From Patellaria atrata CBS 101060 (Eukaryota): DNA of 64,000 bases. Positions within the stretch are counted from its first letter, which is position 1. Every line of letters begins with the position of its first letter. Positions 22,350-33,627 of this stretch are shown in pieces. Location of the stretch: the NCBI GenBank assembly GCA_010093705.1, contig MU006090.1, positions 124,001-188,000 on the forward strand, in the 5' to 3' direction. The position numbers and the translations under genes are program-made. The notes under the pieces are model-generated. The model saw nothing but the letters and a program-made list of their open reading frames with translations, searched no databases and was not told the origin of the DNA.

Positions 22350-23891
22350 ATGGATATACTTGACACGGACACCCTTGGGAAAAGGGGCGCCATACTGGCC
22401 AGTAAAGACAGTCTTCGCGATAAATTCGAAGCAATTCTCTCCAACCCTTACCATCCCGATACAAATCCAGATGGCTTCATCAATATAGGGACTGCAGAGA
22501 ATGTATTTAACTCCTCGTGTTCACCTAAGAAGCAGTTGTTGATAGTAACTTGCAGTATGTCATGCTAGAAGAAGTAGTCGAATTCGCGAACGAAAACAGA
22601 GTATACAACGTCCTGTTAACAGTACACTTTATCACCAATCTTAACCTCATCCTAGCTCAAGTTTGATACGGAGACCATCAACTATGGTCTTGGACCATGG
22701 GGCAGTCCACGACTGCGAAACGGAATGGCAAGATATTTCAACAAGTACTTCTAATTTCCCTCTAGTGGATCTTAGCTTCTAAAATATCACGCCAGGTGGT
22801 TTAATCCTATCTCACACGTCAATCCCAACAATATCATCTTCGCGAGTGGGCTAGTAAGTATCTTTGAAATGCTCGGTTTCGCCCTCGGGGACCCAGGAGA
22901 CGGTGTGATGCTCACCCGGCCTTGCTACACTGCCTTCCCCGGTGACTTTGGCATTAAAGCAGCGTAACTAGCCCTCTAATCTCTCCTAAGTATACACAAC
23001 AACCCATTAACTAGACTAACCAGGCTCACACCCGTCTTCGTCTCCTTTCCTTTTACCGATCAATTCTCCCCTGTGGCAATCGTGCACTACGAAGAGGCAC
23101 TTTCCCGTGCGAAGGTAGCTGGGATTCGTGTCCGATTTCTTGTTCTGTGCAATCCGCACAATCCTCTGGGCCGGTGCTACTCACCCAAGGCCCTCATGGC
23201 GCTAATGCGATGGTGCAACCGGCACAGTATCCACCTGATCGCAGACGAGGTTTACGCAATGTCCGTCTACGAGGTCCCCCATGCCTCCTCTTCAGACTCC
23301 TCCAGCAATACTCAACCCTTCCACTCCGTTCTCTCCCTCAATACTGATGAACTCATCGATCCGAGCCTCCTCCACCAAACCTACGGCTTCTCCAAAGATT
23401 TTGCCAGCGGTGGACTCCGCCTTGGTTGTCTTTACACGAAGAATAAAGCTTTACTGCGCGCAGTTAGCGCTATGACCCAGTTTCACTGGACGCCGTCGCC
23501 TTCTGAAACTGTAGCGATTGCAATGTTGGAAGACGAGGAATGGACTGCGTCCTTTTTAACCAAAAGCAAAGAAGCGCTGGCAACTAGCAGTGCGGTTGCT
23601 AAAAAGGTGTTGGATGAGATGGGGATTCGATATGCTGAGGGAAGTAATGCAGGATTTTTCCTGTGGGTTGATTTAAGCTCCTTCTTAGATAGAGTTTACG
23701 GGGCGGAGGATGGATGGGCTAAGGAGGAGATTTTAAATGGGAGAATGTTCAAAGAGAAAATCTTTTTAACCCCAGGAGGTGCGCAGGCAGCGGAGTGCCC
23801 AGGGTTTTATAGACTTATTTTTACGCGTGACGAACGTTCCATCAGGGAAGGATTGAGAAGGTTAGGAAGGGCGCTAGGTTTAGTCCTATAA
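22350..23891 (+). CDS. PLP-dependent class I/II aminotransferase, ACC-synthase-like (5 exons)
   Basis: NPYHPDTNPDGFINIGTAEN; LCNPHNPLGRCY; LIADEVYA; PLP-lysine motif YGFSKDFASGGLRLG; NAGFFLWVDL. Confidence 0.88.
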
Positions 23892-24273
23892 AATCATAAG
23901 AGAAAGTAAATTTTGCTGGCTCTGTAAAAGCTGCATATAAAGAGTGGCTGTTTGAGCGTCTAGTCAATGTCTCATTAGGACCGTTTGAAGAATCGAAAGT
24001 TCTCACAGCTTGCCGGATTCGCTTCTGCGGACTTTATTAGGGCATTGTTACGAGGGTAATTATAAGAAAACACGCTGTCAGAGCCCGTTGACCGTCTTGA
24101 GCCGATATGTACTGTCATTCTTCGGGCCTTTTTAAGACGCAGACGTCGTACCGAAACCGGGCCGTCCACTCAGGCTCAGGATTCTGAGACATGAACGACA
24201 AGCCGATGCAAAAATTCAAGGTCGCGGTTCATCCCACCTTGAACCACCCTCAAAATTTTTGAAATCATTTATC

Positions 24274-25591
24274 ATGCCTCCAGCCCCCTGTGCAATATGC
24301 GAGACCAATAGAGCTCTGATACTCCGGCCAAAGAACCACCAGAAACTATGTAAAACCTGCTTCATAAATGTTTTCGAGACAGAAATCCATAATACCATCA
24401 TTAGCAACAAACTTTTCTCCCGCGGCGAAAAAGTCGCGATAGGCGCATCTGGAGGCAAAGATAGCACAGTGCTTGCTAGCGTCCTGAAGACACTGAATGA
24501 GCGGTATGACTATGGGGTGAAGCTTATGCTCTTGTCGATCGATGAAGGTATCAAAGGTTACCGAGACGATTCTCTCGAGACTGTGAAGAGGAATGCCCAA
24601 CAGTATGATATGCCGCTAACGATAGTCGGATATGATGAACTATACGGATGGACCATGGATCAAGTCGTCGAGCAAGTGGGTAAGAAGGGCAACTGCACAT
24701 ACTGTGGCGTCTTTCGGCGGCAGGCCTTGGATCGAGGAGCGGCAACATTGGGGGTCCGGCATGTTGTCACAGGTCACAATGCGGATGATATAGCGGAGAC
24801 AGTTTTGATGAATTGTGGATGATCCCTTTATATGCGTAAATGCTCAAGCTAATTGTAGTTCCGCAGTGCTTCGCGGTGATCTGCCACGCCTCTCACGTAC
24901 TACCTCCATCATCACGTCCACTCCCTCCGCATCGGTGTCGGATGACCCGAATTCTCATACGAACATAAAGCGTAGCAAACCGCTAAAATACGCTTACGAG
25001 AAAGAGATCGTGCTGTACGCTCATCACAAATCGTTGGACTATTTTAGCACGGAGTGCATTTATTCTCCTGAAGCCTTTCGCGGAAGCGCACGTGCGCTAA
25101 TTAAGAATCTTGAACGTGTCAGACCAAGCGCCATCCTGGATGTAGTAAGAAGCGGAGAAGACATGGGAAAACTCGTTCCCGGTGCGAGTAATTCTTGTGC
25201 AGGAGAATGCGGGGGTAAGAGTCAGGTTCTTGAGGAAGAGGTGGGAGGTTGCGGTAGTTCCAACAGCAGCGCCCTCGGTGGTGAGATGGCAGCTTTGGAT
25301 AAGCAGTTTGGGCACAATGAGGCCGCCGAAATGGACGTACTGGAGACAGAGATCAGGCTGAAACCCAAGTCCCCTGGGCAAGAGAATGGCCGTGATATTT
25401 CCAAGGAACTGAGACGGCCAAAGAATTCTCGATCTAAGAATGCTCCAACTATTGAGAAGAAATCTATCCGCCAGGTTATGGGACAATGTTCACGGTGTGG
25501 TTACCTATCCAGCCAAGCTATTTGCAAAGCCTGCATGTTACTGGAAGGATTGAATAAAAATAGACCTAGGACAATGGTAGTTGGAGAGTAA
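24274..25591 (+). CDS. NCS6: Cytoplasmic tRNA 2-thiolation protein 1 (2 exons)
   Basis: N-terminal CxxC zinc finger, PP-loop [35 protein letters not shown]-terminal [16 protein letters not shown]. Confidence 0.95.
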
Positions 25592-26068
25592 GCAATACTT
25601 TAACACGAAATCTACGAATTTGAAAATTCTTATGACGGCTCATTCGCGACGATCTACATTATCTTACTCTAGATATAATGATATAATACCACGTGCTAAC
25701 ATCAAATCTGATGGGCGTTCGCTTGGCGGATCGCCTCAATCAGCAGTTGTGGAGACCAAAAAAAAATACGAGCTTACAACAACTACTCGACAAAGAGTTA
25801 GTAATAATGAGTAGGCTTATGGATCTTCACTGGAGGCTGAAGGCAGACCTGAGCATTATCCATTTTCATGATGCAGTCTCACATTTCAAGCGTAATCCAA
25901 TGATCGCAAAGATGGCGATAATTTGAAGCACAAATACGAAAGAAGTTTGTGATACGTACTGTCTGGTCTGAATATAAATATCAAGACAACCTCAGAGATT
26001 CGAAGGCCATCACTCCTCAACTCACCAGTCAAGGAAGAAGATCTACCCACGATAAAGACCTAGCAACC

Positions 26069-26621
26069 ATGAAGTTCTCCCTTTCCACCGTTCTTCCTCT
26101 TCTCATGGGAGCTAGTGTCCTTGCCGCCCCAGCTCCGGTTCCAGCACCAGCAGACTTGGATGTGTCTGCCAATGTCAATGCTCTGAATGAGCGTCAAGTC
26201 CAGCTTTGGGTGTGGGCCTGCGACGGAGCGTGAGTATTCATTGTTGAAGGACATGAGCATTAGAGCTAAAGACCACGTAGAAACTTCAGCCCCCCTTGCG
26301 CAGCCGTCCAGAATGTTAATCTCAACTCCTGCTATTCTTGGGCCTCGCTCTTCCCAGGGATTGGCAATGGGTCCTTTAAGACAAATGGTGAGCTTTACTT
26401 TTGTTGAATATAAAAGGACCAATGGCTACGAGTCTTCTATGGATATCTATACTAACCCCAAGTTTACAGCTAATGTCTTCTTCCATGATGGAAACGGATG
26501 CACGGGTACGCCGTCGAATCGTGTGTGCAACACGGAAATCAGTCGCGGCAATTATTGGTATTCTCATACCAACAGCTTCAATGTCTTCTCGACAAAGGCG
26601 GCTTGCACAGCGCCCAATTGA
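26069..26621 (+). CDS. Small secreted cysteine-rich protein (3 exons)
   Basis: Signal peptide MKFSLSTVLPLLMGASVLA and a propeptide ending LNER. Introns 26230-26280 and about 26388-26469 give QVQLWVWACDGA/NFSPPCAAVQNVNLNSCYSW...FKTN/ANVFFHDGNGCTG...VCN...AACTAPN*, with 6 Cys. Confidence 0.75.
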
Positions 26622-28627
26622 GAGAAAGTCCTGGCCAGTTAAGCGTACGGCGTGGGCTGTACGAGCGTAGTGGCGTTCACGTCTATTAAGAACAGGTTAT
26701 GTGTTAATGGTAACAGTCTTGTGTTACTGGATGACCGTTTTGGTTCTACTGGACATCGGCCGCCAGTGGTACTGAGTAGCGGTCCCGTTGTACTGGATAA
26801 CGGCTTTCGTCCTACTGTCGGTGTGGTGGATGAGGGGTCTGTAGCACAGTATAAGAATACAAGATCCCTTCGTTAAGTCTAGCGCGGTTCAATCTTATTT
26901 CAACTAATGCTGGTGAATTTCCTTGGTGTTCGACCCTTGTCTATGCATAGATCTCTTTCGGGTTTCGACGAAACATTTCCATATCTTCTATCTTACATGC
27001 TAGGGATATCTCAGTTCCCTAATTTTAAATGCTATAGGTAAGAGACACAGCGGGAAGCGGGTCCTTCCGCCATGGCAGCTTACATATAGGGCGGAGAGCA
27101 GACAGCGAGGTTCGGGAGAGGGGAGGAAAGCTCTGGAAAGCATGAGGTATTCCGTACAGTGGCACGTGAGTGGACTTTAGAAGTGCCCAAGGTTCTTGTC
27201 ACATTATCTATGGGCAAAGGGGTCCAGGAGCTTGTCAGCAATGGTGGCTGGCGTTGAGTCGAGTCTGGCCTTTGTTGGTTGATCATGCTTTGGATTTGGG
27301 GCTAAGGCCGGTCTATATGTGATTGGAAGTTACGGGTTAGGATATCTGCAATTGCTTGCTGATTCTGGATGCGGTGATTGACGCAGGGGAGATAGGGAAG
27401 TGGAGGTTGCCGATGTCTTTTGGGATTTGGAGATCATTTTCGTTGATTCTTCAGCTGTTACTGTATGCAGATTCGATCTTTCGAGCTGATTTCATGTTAG
27501 AATTCATTATTATTATTGATAAGCCTGATATACTACCGTTCCTATCAATGAATTTCTGGGTGCTATGATTTAGGTTCCGATCAGAGCTCTTCGTGAGTCG
27601 TGACGGGTTAGAGAGATAGGTGATCAAAGAGGAGTGCTACCTTACAGTAAGCTATCCTCGATTCGTTGTTTTAGTTCTATAGAACCTAGAGGATGATATT
27701 TTGCCGTCATATCTTGTGGAGATTTTAATTATTATTGTCAACATCCCACACTGTTGGAGACGACACGGATGCGCACGTCAGATTTCAGGAACGAGCCGGT
27801 TCGCAGCATGCCGACCAACGAGTATCTGGTTGATGGTAAAAATAATAATGCTGTCGTACAGGGGAGGAAGAACAAAACCACCTTAGTTCTAAAAGTTGAG
27901 GGGGGGAAAGGGTCCCGAGGCAACTTTTCAGAACAGCACATCGGCGAACTCCATGTCCTCTTCTCTCATCCTCATCAATCCTCATCGCTCACCATCCCTC
28001 CCCCCATGATGCACACCATCATCCTTGGTGGCCAAGGGAAGCCGAGCTCCCACATCGAAATGCTTAACCTCACATACGGTTTATCTGACTGGCTCTAACG
28101 TCTGAGATGCACGCGATCCACCGGACGTCTAGAAGAGTAAAAGAGACGAGCTCACGGAGCCAAGTGGTGAAAGCGAACGCCTCCAAAGACTATCAGCTAT
28201 ATTCGCTAACCTACAAACGGGAAATAGCCCACACTTGCTTATCTACTTGGCCATCGAGGCATGGATGGGGGCCAACAAAGGCGGGAAAAGGTCAAAGTTC
28301 ATAGATACCGGACCCGGGCGAAAGCTGTGGTGACTGGTGAACCCGTAAGATCTGCAGGACATTCACTTACAGTATTGCAAAATCAATCACAAGACATGAC
28401 TTGTCATTGGTGAACTGCGACACAGAATCACAGATAGCTAAATGTGGGGCTTGGACCTTAAGTCACTTTCGATTTTCTATATATCTACACTGAAGCTCAT
28501 CCGTTTGCTTCAACTAACCTTTTTCCGTCGTCTTGCTTCTCTACCCCGTCGTAAACGTTGGGGATAGATTTTTCTTTCCACTTCAGAGACTCGCAGTCGC
28601 GCATGCTCACATCAACACGCTGCCATC

Positions 28628-30584
28628 ATGACTTGGGTTCATAATACCAACCTGAGGATTGCTCAGAGCCCTGTTGGGCGATACTTCAGGCTTGAGAATT
28701 CGGGTCACGTAAGTCGGACGCGTTTCTCAACATCATCAAAAACAAAATCTTCCAGAAATGTTTAGAGACTAACGATGCATCGTTACAGCCCAAAGAACGT
28801 AAAGGCACGTTTTTCTTTACCGAGTTACGCGCCGGTCTTGCCACTTTCTTCGCCATGGCCTATATCATCTCCGTCAATGCTACCATCGTCTCTCAATCCG
28901 GAGGAACGTGCGTCTGTCCGGAGGACAGCATGGCCGACCTGTGCGACTCCAATGAGGAGTACATGATATGTGTTCAAGAAGTCAATCGTGACTTAGTTAC
29001 TGCTACTGCTGCTATCGCTGCTCTTACCTCTTTCTGCATGGGTCTCTTCGCCAATATGTAAGCATTCCCCCCCCCCCCCCTTCTTCCCCCTCCAAAAGCA
29101 CGTGTCACGTAACACGACTGACGAAATTGTCAGGCCAATTGCGCTAGCTCCTGGTATGGGTCTGAATGCTTACTTTACTTATACTGTCGTCGGTTATCAC
29201 GGTTCCGGACTTGTTCCGTACGGCGTTGCTCTTACAGCCGTTTTCGTTGAAGGTTGGGTCTTCGTCGGTCTTACCATTCTCGGTATGCGCCAATGGCTTG
29301 CTCGCGCCATCCCCTCGTCTATCAAGCTCGCTGTCGGTGTCGGTATCGGTCTCTATCTTACTATCATCGGTCTCACCTACTCTGCTGGTATCGGTGCCAT
29401 CACCGGCGCGGTCGCCACCCCCGTTGAACTGGCAGGCTGCGCTCCTCAATTCCGTGATGAAGCCGGTCTCTGTCCCTCTGCCGAAAAGATGCGAAACCCT
29501 ACCCTGTGGATCGGCCTATTCTGTGGTGGTATCCTCACCGTTCTGCTCATGATGTACCGTATCAAAGGCGCCATTATCGCCGGTATCTTGCTTGTCTCCA
29601 TCATCTCCTGGCCCCGCTCAACTCCTGTTACCTACTTCCCGTACACGCCCCTTGGTGATAGCATGTTCGACTTTTTCAAGAAGGTTGTCACCTTCCACCC
29701 GATTGAGCGCACGCTCAACGTGTTACAATGGGATATTTCCAGTCATGGGGGCCAGTTCGGCCTCGCTTTCATCACCTTCCTGTATGTCGATATTCTCGAC
29801 TGCACCGGTACACTCTATGCCATGGCTCGCTTCAGTGGTGCTATCGATGAGCGCACTCAGGATTTCGAGGGTTCCGCCATAGCTTACATGGTCGACGCCA
29901 TTGGTATCTCTATCGGTGCACTCTTCGGCTCTCCCCCTGTCACTGCTTACATCGAATCCGGTGCTGGTATCTCTGAAGGTGGCGCTACAGGTCTCACTGC
30001 CATGTTCACAGGCCTCGCCTTCTTTATCTCAGTGTTCTTCGCGCCGATTTTTGCTTCGATTCCCCCTTGGGCCACTGGCTGTACGCTTGTTATTGTCGGA
30101 TCCATGATGGCGCAATCGGCAAAGGATATCAACTGGACCTATTACGGTGATGCGATTCCTGCATTCATCACCATCGCCGTTATGCCATTTACGTACTGTA
30201 AGTCCAAACCCCTTCTTCCGCCAACTTATATGCATATCCAACTAATCGACAATAACAGCAATCGCCTATGGTCTTATCGCCGGCATCATGACCTACATCA
30301 TCCTCAACACCGTCGTCTGGATCATTGAGAAGTCGTCCCGCGGCCGCATCGTTCCCTTCAACAAGGAGCACAAGGACCCCTGGACCTACAAGATTCCCGG
30401 TGGCTTCTTCCCACCCTGGCTCACGCGCGTAGCTAAGGGCAAAAAGGACTTCTGGAAGCCGTACGACGAGGAGGAGGGTGCCCATGCCAATATCACTGGC
30501 CGAGAGAGCAGTCAGGGCAGCGCGGAGAATGAGAATGTTGAGTTGCCTGTTGGTAAACAAGACATGGAGAAGAGGTTCTCATGA
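28628..30584 (+). CDS. azgA: AzgA-family purine (adenine/guanine/hypoxanthine) permease (4 exons)
   Basis: Exon 1 MTWVHNTNLRIAQSPVGRYFRLENSGH; TELRAGLATFFAMAYIISVN; PIALAPGMGLNAYF; FLYVDILDCTGT; PVTAYIESGAGI; many TM helices. Confidence 0.92.
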
Positions 30585-31455
30585 GGAGTGGTATATCTCC
30601 AGTGAAGCCCGATTGTTTGAAAGGGGGCCTATCATATTACGGTGTTCAGGGCTGTTTGAAATCCTATTTGGATGAGGCGGACGTGTCTACATCTTCGATC
30701 TGAATTGATGGCCGGAGAGTGATGACAAAAACCGGTGTTGGTTCATCTAGCTTGATTATTATGCTGTCACACGAGCTGTCAGCGCAGGGGGATCGTGATA
30801 CCCCTCGTTTTAGGTACTAATGCAAAATGGAAATCTGTTATTGTACTTTTTTTTGACTACTTTTCGTTCTCCGTGAGTCTTTTCCCATTTCGAAACTTCG
30901 TTCCATTTGAGTTGAGGTATCTAACCGTCAGCTGGGACACTGCTTGTGCGACGCTATATGCAACGTTATTTTTGAGGCATTTTCCAGGTGTTTGGGGAGG
31001 GGTGTAAGCTTATTTCGACGTCCCTTCTGGAAGTACTTGAAGGATGATTGGTTATCTTGACTTCACGTATCTTACGTACTATCACCGAACGGTGTCAAAT
31101 TAGAAAGTCGCAGACCCGAAATAGACAATCACATATGAAGACCCCGATCTGAGACATGAGCCTTGGGTTCGAGTACGATCTCAGTTCGAAAGCGAAACCG
31201 TGAAATAGGATATCTCAAGTCTCATTCATATACAGGGCTAAAGGGAACGTTTAGCACGGATCGGGCTTGATATTTACAATCTACTATACCTGCACAAGCA
31301 TATCTGACTCTTATAGTTCTACATCAATGTGTCTAAATATGCAGAACGTCTTGCTCATCCCTGACCAAATGTCTTATCCCGCTACCCATATGCCTTGAAA
31401 ACATGCCTCATCATCCAGCAAGTCATCGAAAGCTCTGGTCCAAAGTATACGGCAC

Positions 31456-33023
31456 CTACCCTAACCACAGTCCCCACAACCCCCACAACCCCCACAAACC
31501 CACCAACCCCAACACGCCCTCCTCCTCACCCAGCGCGAACCTCCCCATAGCCGCGTTAGTCGGCCCGGACGCCTCCCCCGTCGCCGTCCTATGCGGCACG
31601 CCTAACGTCGTCGTCGGCACCACATCCGTCGCGATAACGACGTTCGGCAGCGTGATCGGCACAGGGCCGGCGCGTCGGAGCAGCAGCAAAGCCTGCGTGA
31701 CCTCCAGCGCGGCGAGCTGCTGTCCCAGGCCCGTGACGCCGTCGTAAGAGCGCGTATACCAGCGGGAACCGCACGCCGAGGACGCGACGGTGGAATTCGC
31801 CGTGGCGGGATCGTTGGCCGCGGGCGGGAGAGGCCCACTACAGGCCGCGGCGGCGCCGAGCGCGGAGGTCGTGAGGAGAGTCATGATGGCGGGGGCGGTG
31901 TAGGGCGCCAGCACGGCGGATTTGGCCATCCAGCGCGCCAGGAAGGCCTTGAAGGCCAGCTGGTCGGTATTGCACTCGCCGCGGGTCTCGCACGCCTGCT
32001 CGAACAGGACGTCCGTGGCGTTCTCCTCGGGGGTGAAGAAGACGCCCGTCGCGGTGAGGAGGCCCGAGAGGCGCGTCTGCCAGACGCTCGAGCCGTTGGT
32101 GTAGTTGTACAGGTTCGCGGCGCCGTAGAGGAAGGCGCCGGCGTTGTAGGACCACTGGAGGTGGTTGAGCTCCGTGCAGTTGAGGAGGTCGTCGCTGCCG
32201 TCGAAGATCTCGCCACCTCGTCCGATGAGCCCAATGCGCTCGCACCAACCCCACACCCGCTCCGCCCATTCGACGTAGGTTGCGTTGCCCGTATACCGCG
32301 CCAGCCGAGCCGAGATCTGGAACAGGCCACCGTTGGCGATGGCGCTCTTGTAGTGGTATCCCGCGTTGGCCTCGAAGATCTGCCATTTCAGCCCGCCGGC
32401 ACAGGACGATAGGTCCCAGCGCGTTATCATGCCGTCGAAGACATTGCGCACGATATCAAGATATGAGGGATATGTTGATCCAACATCAGGTGGCGAAGCC
32501 GGGAAGGAGTACTCGGCTGCGGTCATAGCAGCGAGAGCCCAGAAGGCTTGGTCGTCGTTGCCCAACTCGGCGTTCCGTGCTGGAGGCATGTAATTGTTCT
32601 CCGGGCCGAGTTGAGCGATCAGGGCTTGAATCGTGGTGTTGATGTAGCTCGGGTCGCCTGTGTAGGCCCAGTAGTCCACGAGAGCGCCCCATGTCGCACC
32701 GGCTTCCCACCAGTAATACCTGTCACTAGAATCAGTCCGCTGCTCTAGCAGTCAGGTGTCTGGGAGGATTACGGTTGTGGGAACATGCCGATGAGCTCGA
32801 CAGGAGTTCCAGTTAGGTTTCCCGTGTAGTATGTAAGAACTCCGTACGCATAGGTAGCGGATGCATCTCGTATAGATACTATGAGGTAAGTTAGCAAAGT
32901 AATATGAGGTCTGAGCAAAAAGATGAACTGCATACCATCACTATTGACATCGAGCTCCACGGCTCTCGTCAACGCTACAATGCACGTCGTAGATATAAGA
33001 ACCAGATGCTTCAAACCCCACAT
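31456..33023 (-). CDS. GH76 alpha-1,6-mannanase/transglycosylase, Dcw1/Dfg5-like, GPI-anchored (3 exons)
   Basis: Signal peptide; YYWWEAGA; catalytic GNDDQAFW; GGLKWQ; YKSAIANG; WSYNAG; hydrophobic C-terminal GPI-like signal. Confidence 0.92.
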
Positions 33024-33627
33024 CTTCAAGACTCAAAACAGAACAGAAAAGAACGGACAGAAGATGAGGAAGCAAATAGCAAATAGCAAAATGAGAGGAC
33101 AGTTGACTTGTGTACATATTGACAGTAAGGAAGGGACGGACATAAGATACTTATCTCGCAAGCCTACAAGAAGTCACGACCGCGGATCTACAGAGCTGTG
33201 AGTGGCGATGATGAATAGGCCAAGGGTAGTCAAGGGAAGTCGAGGGGAGAAAAATGCTTGCCGCTCCTTGTCGAACGGTTCACGGCAAACATGTTCTTAC
33301 TCTTCCATCTCATTGGTCCGTTTATTGGCTAAAGTATGACCTACTATAAGCACGTAGAGAAGATATATCCTATAATGATAACTATCATTTGTGTGGTATC
33401 TAAGTAATTTTTAATTTTGACATCGTCATACGACGCTACTCATTTTTTATCTGTAGAGTACAATACAATACCCCATGCAAAATAAAGCATAACCATTGTC
33501 GTACAAAAGAAAAGAGAGAAAGCAATTTCACCCTCACTAAGAGGAGAAATACGCTGGAACTCCAAGATGCTCCTGACATGCAAATGATCCTAGAACTAAG
33601 ACAACGAGCCACCATAACCTCTCAACC

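Noticed and set aside
1..25591. Two tRNA anticodon-loop modification genes (PUS3, NCS6) in one window
   Set aside because: They are about 24 kb apart with many unrelated genes between them, so there is no evidence of linkage.
29067..29080. Poly-C run
   Set aside because: A simple homopolymer inside an azgA intron.
31081..31430. Short hairpin with a GGTTCGAG B-box-like motif, and a C-box-like ATGATGA on the minus strand
   Set aside because: No tRNA cloverleaf can be built and there is no suitably placed D box.
31403..32386. Several long overlapping ORFs in alternative frames
   Set aside because: An artefact of the very high GC content within the GH76 coding sequence.
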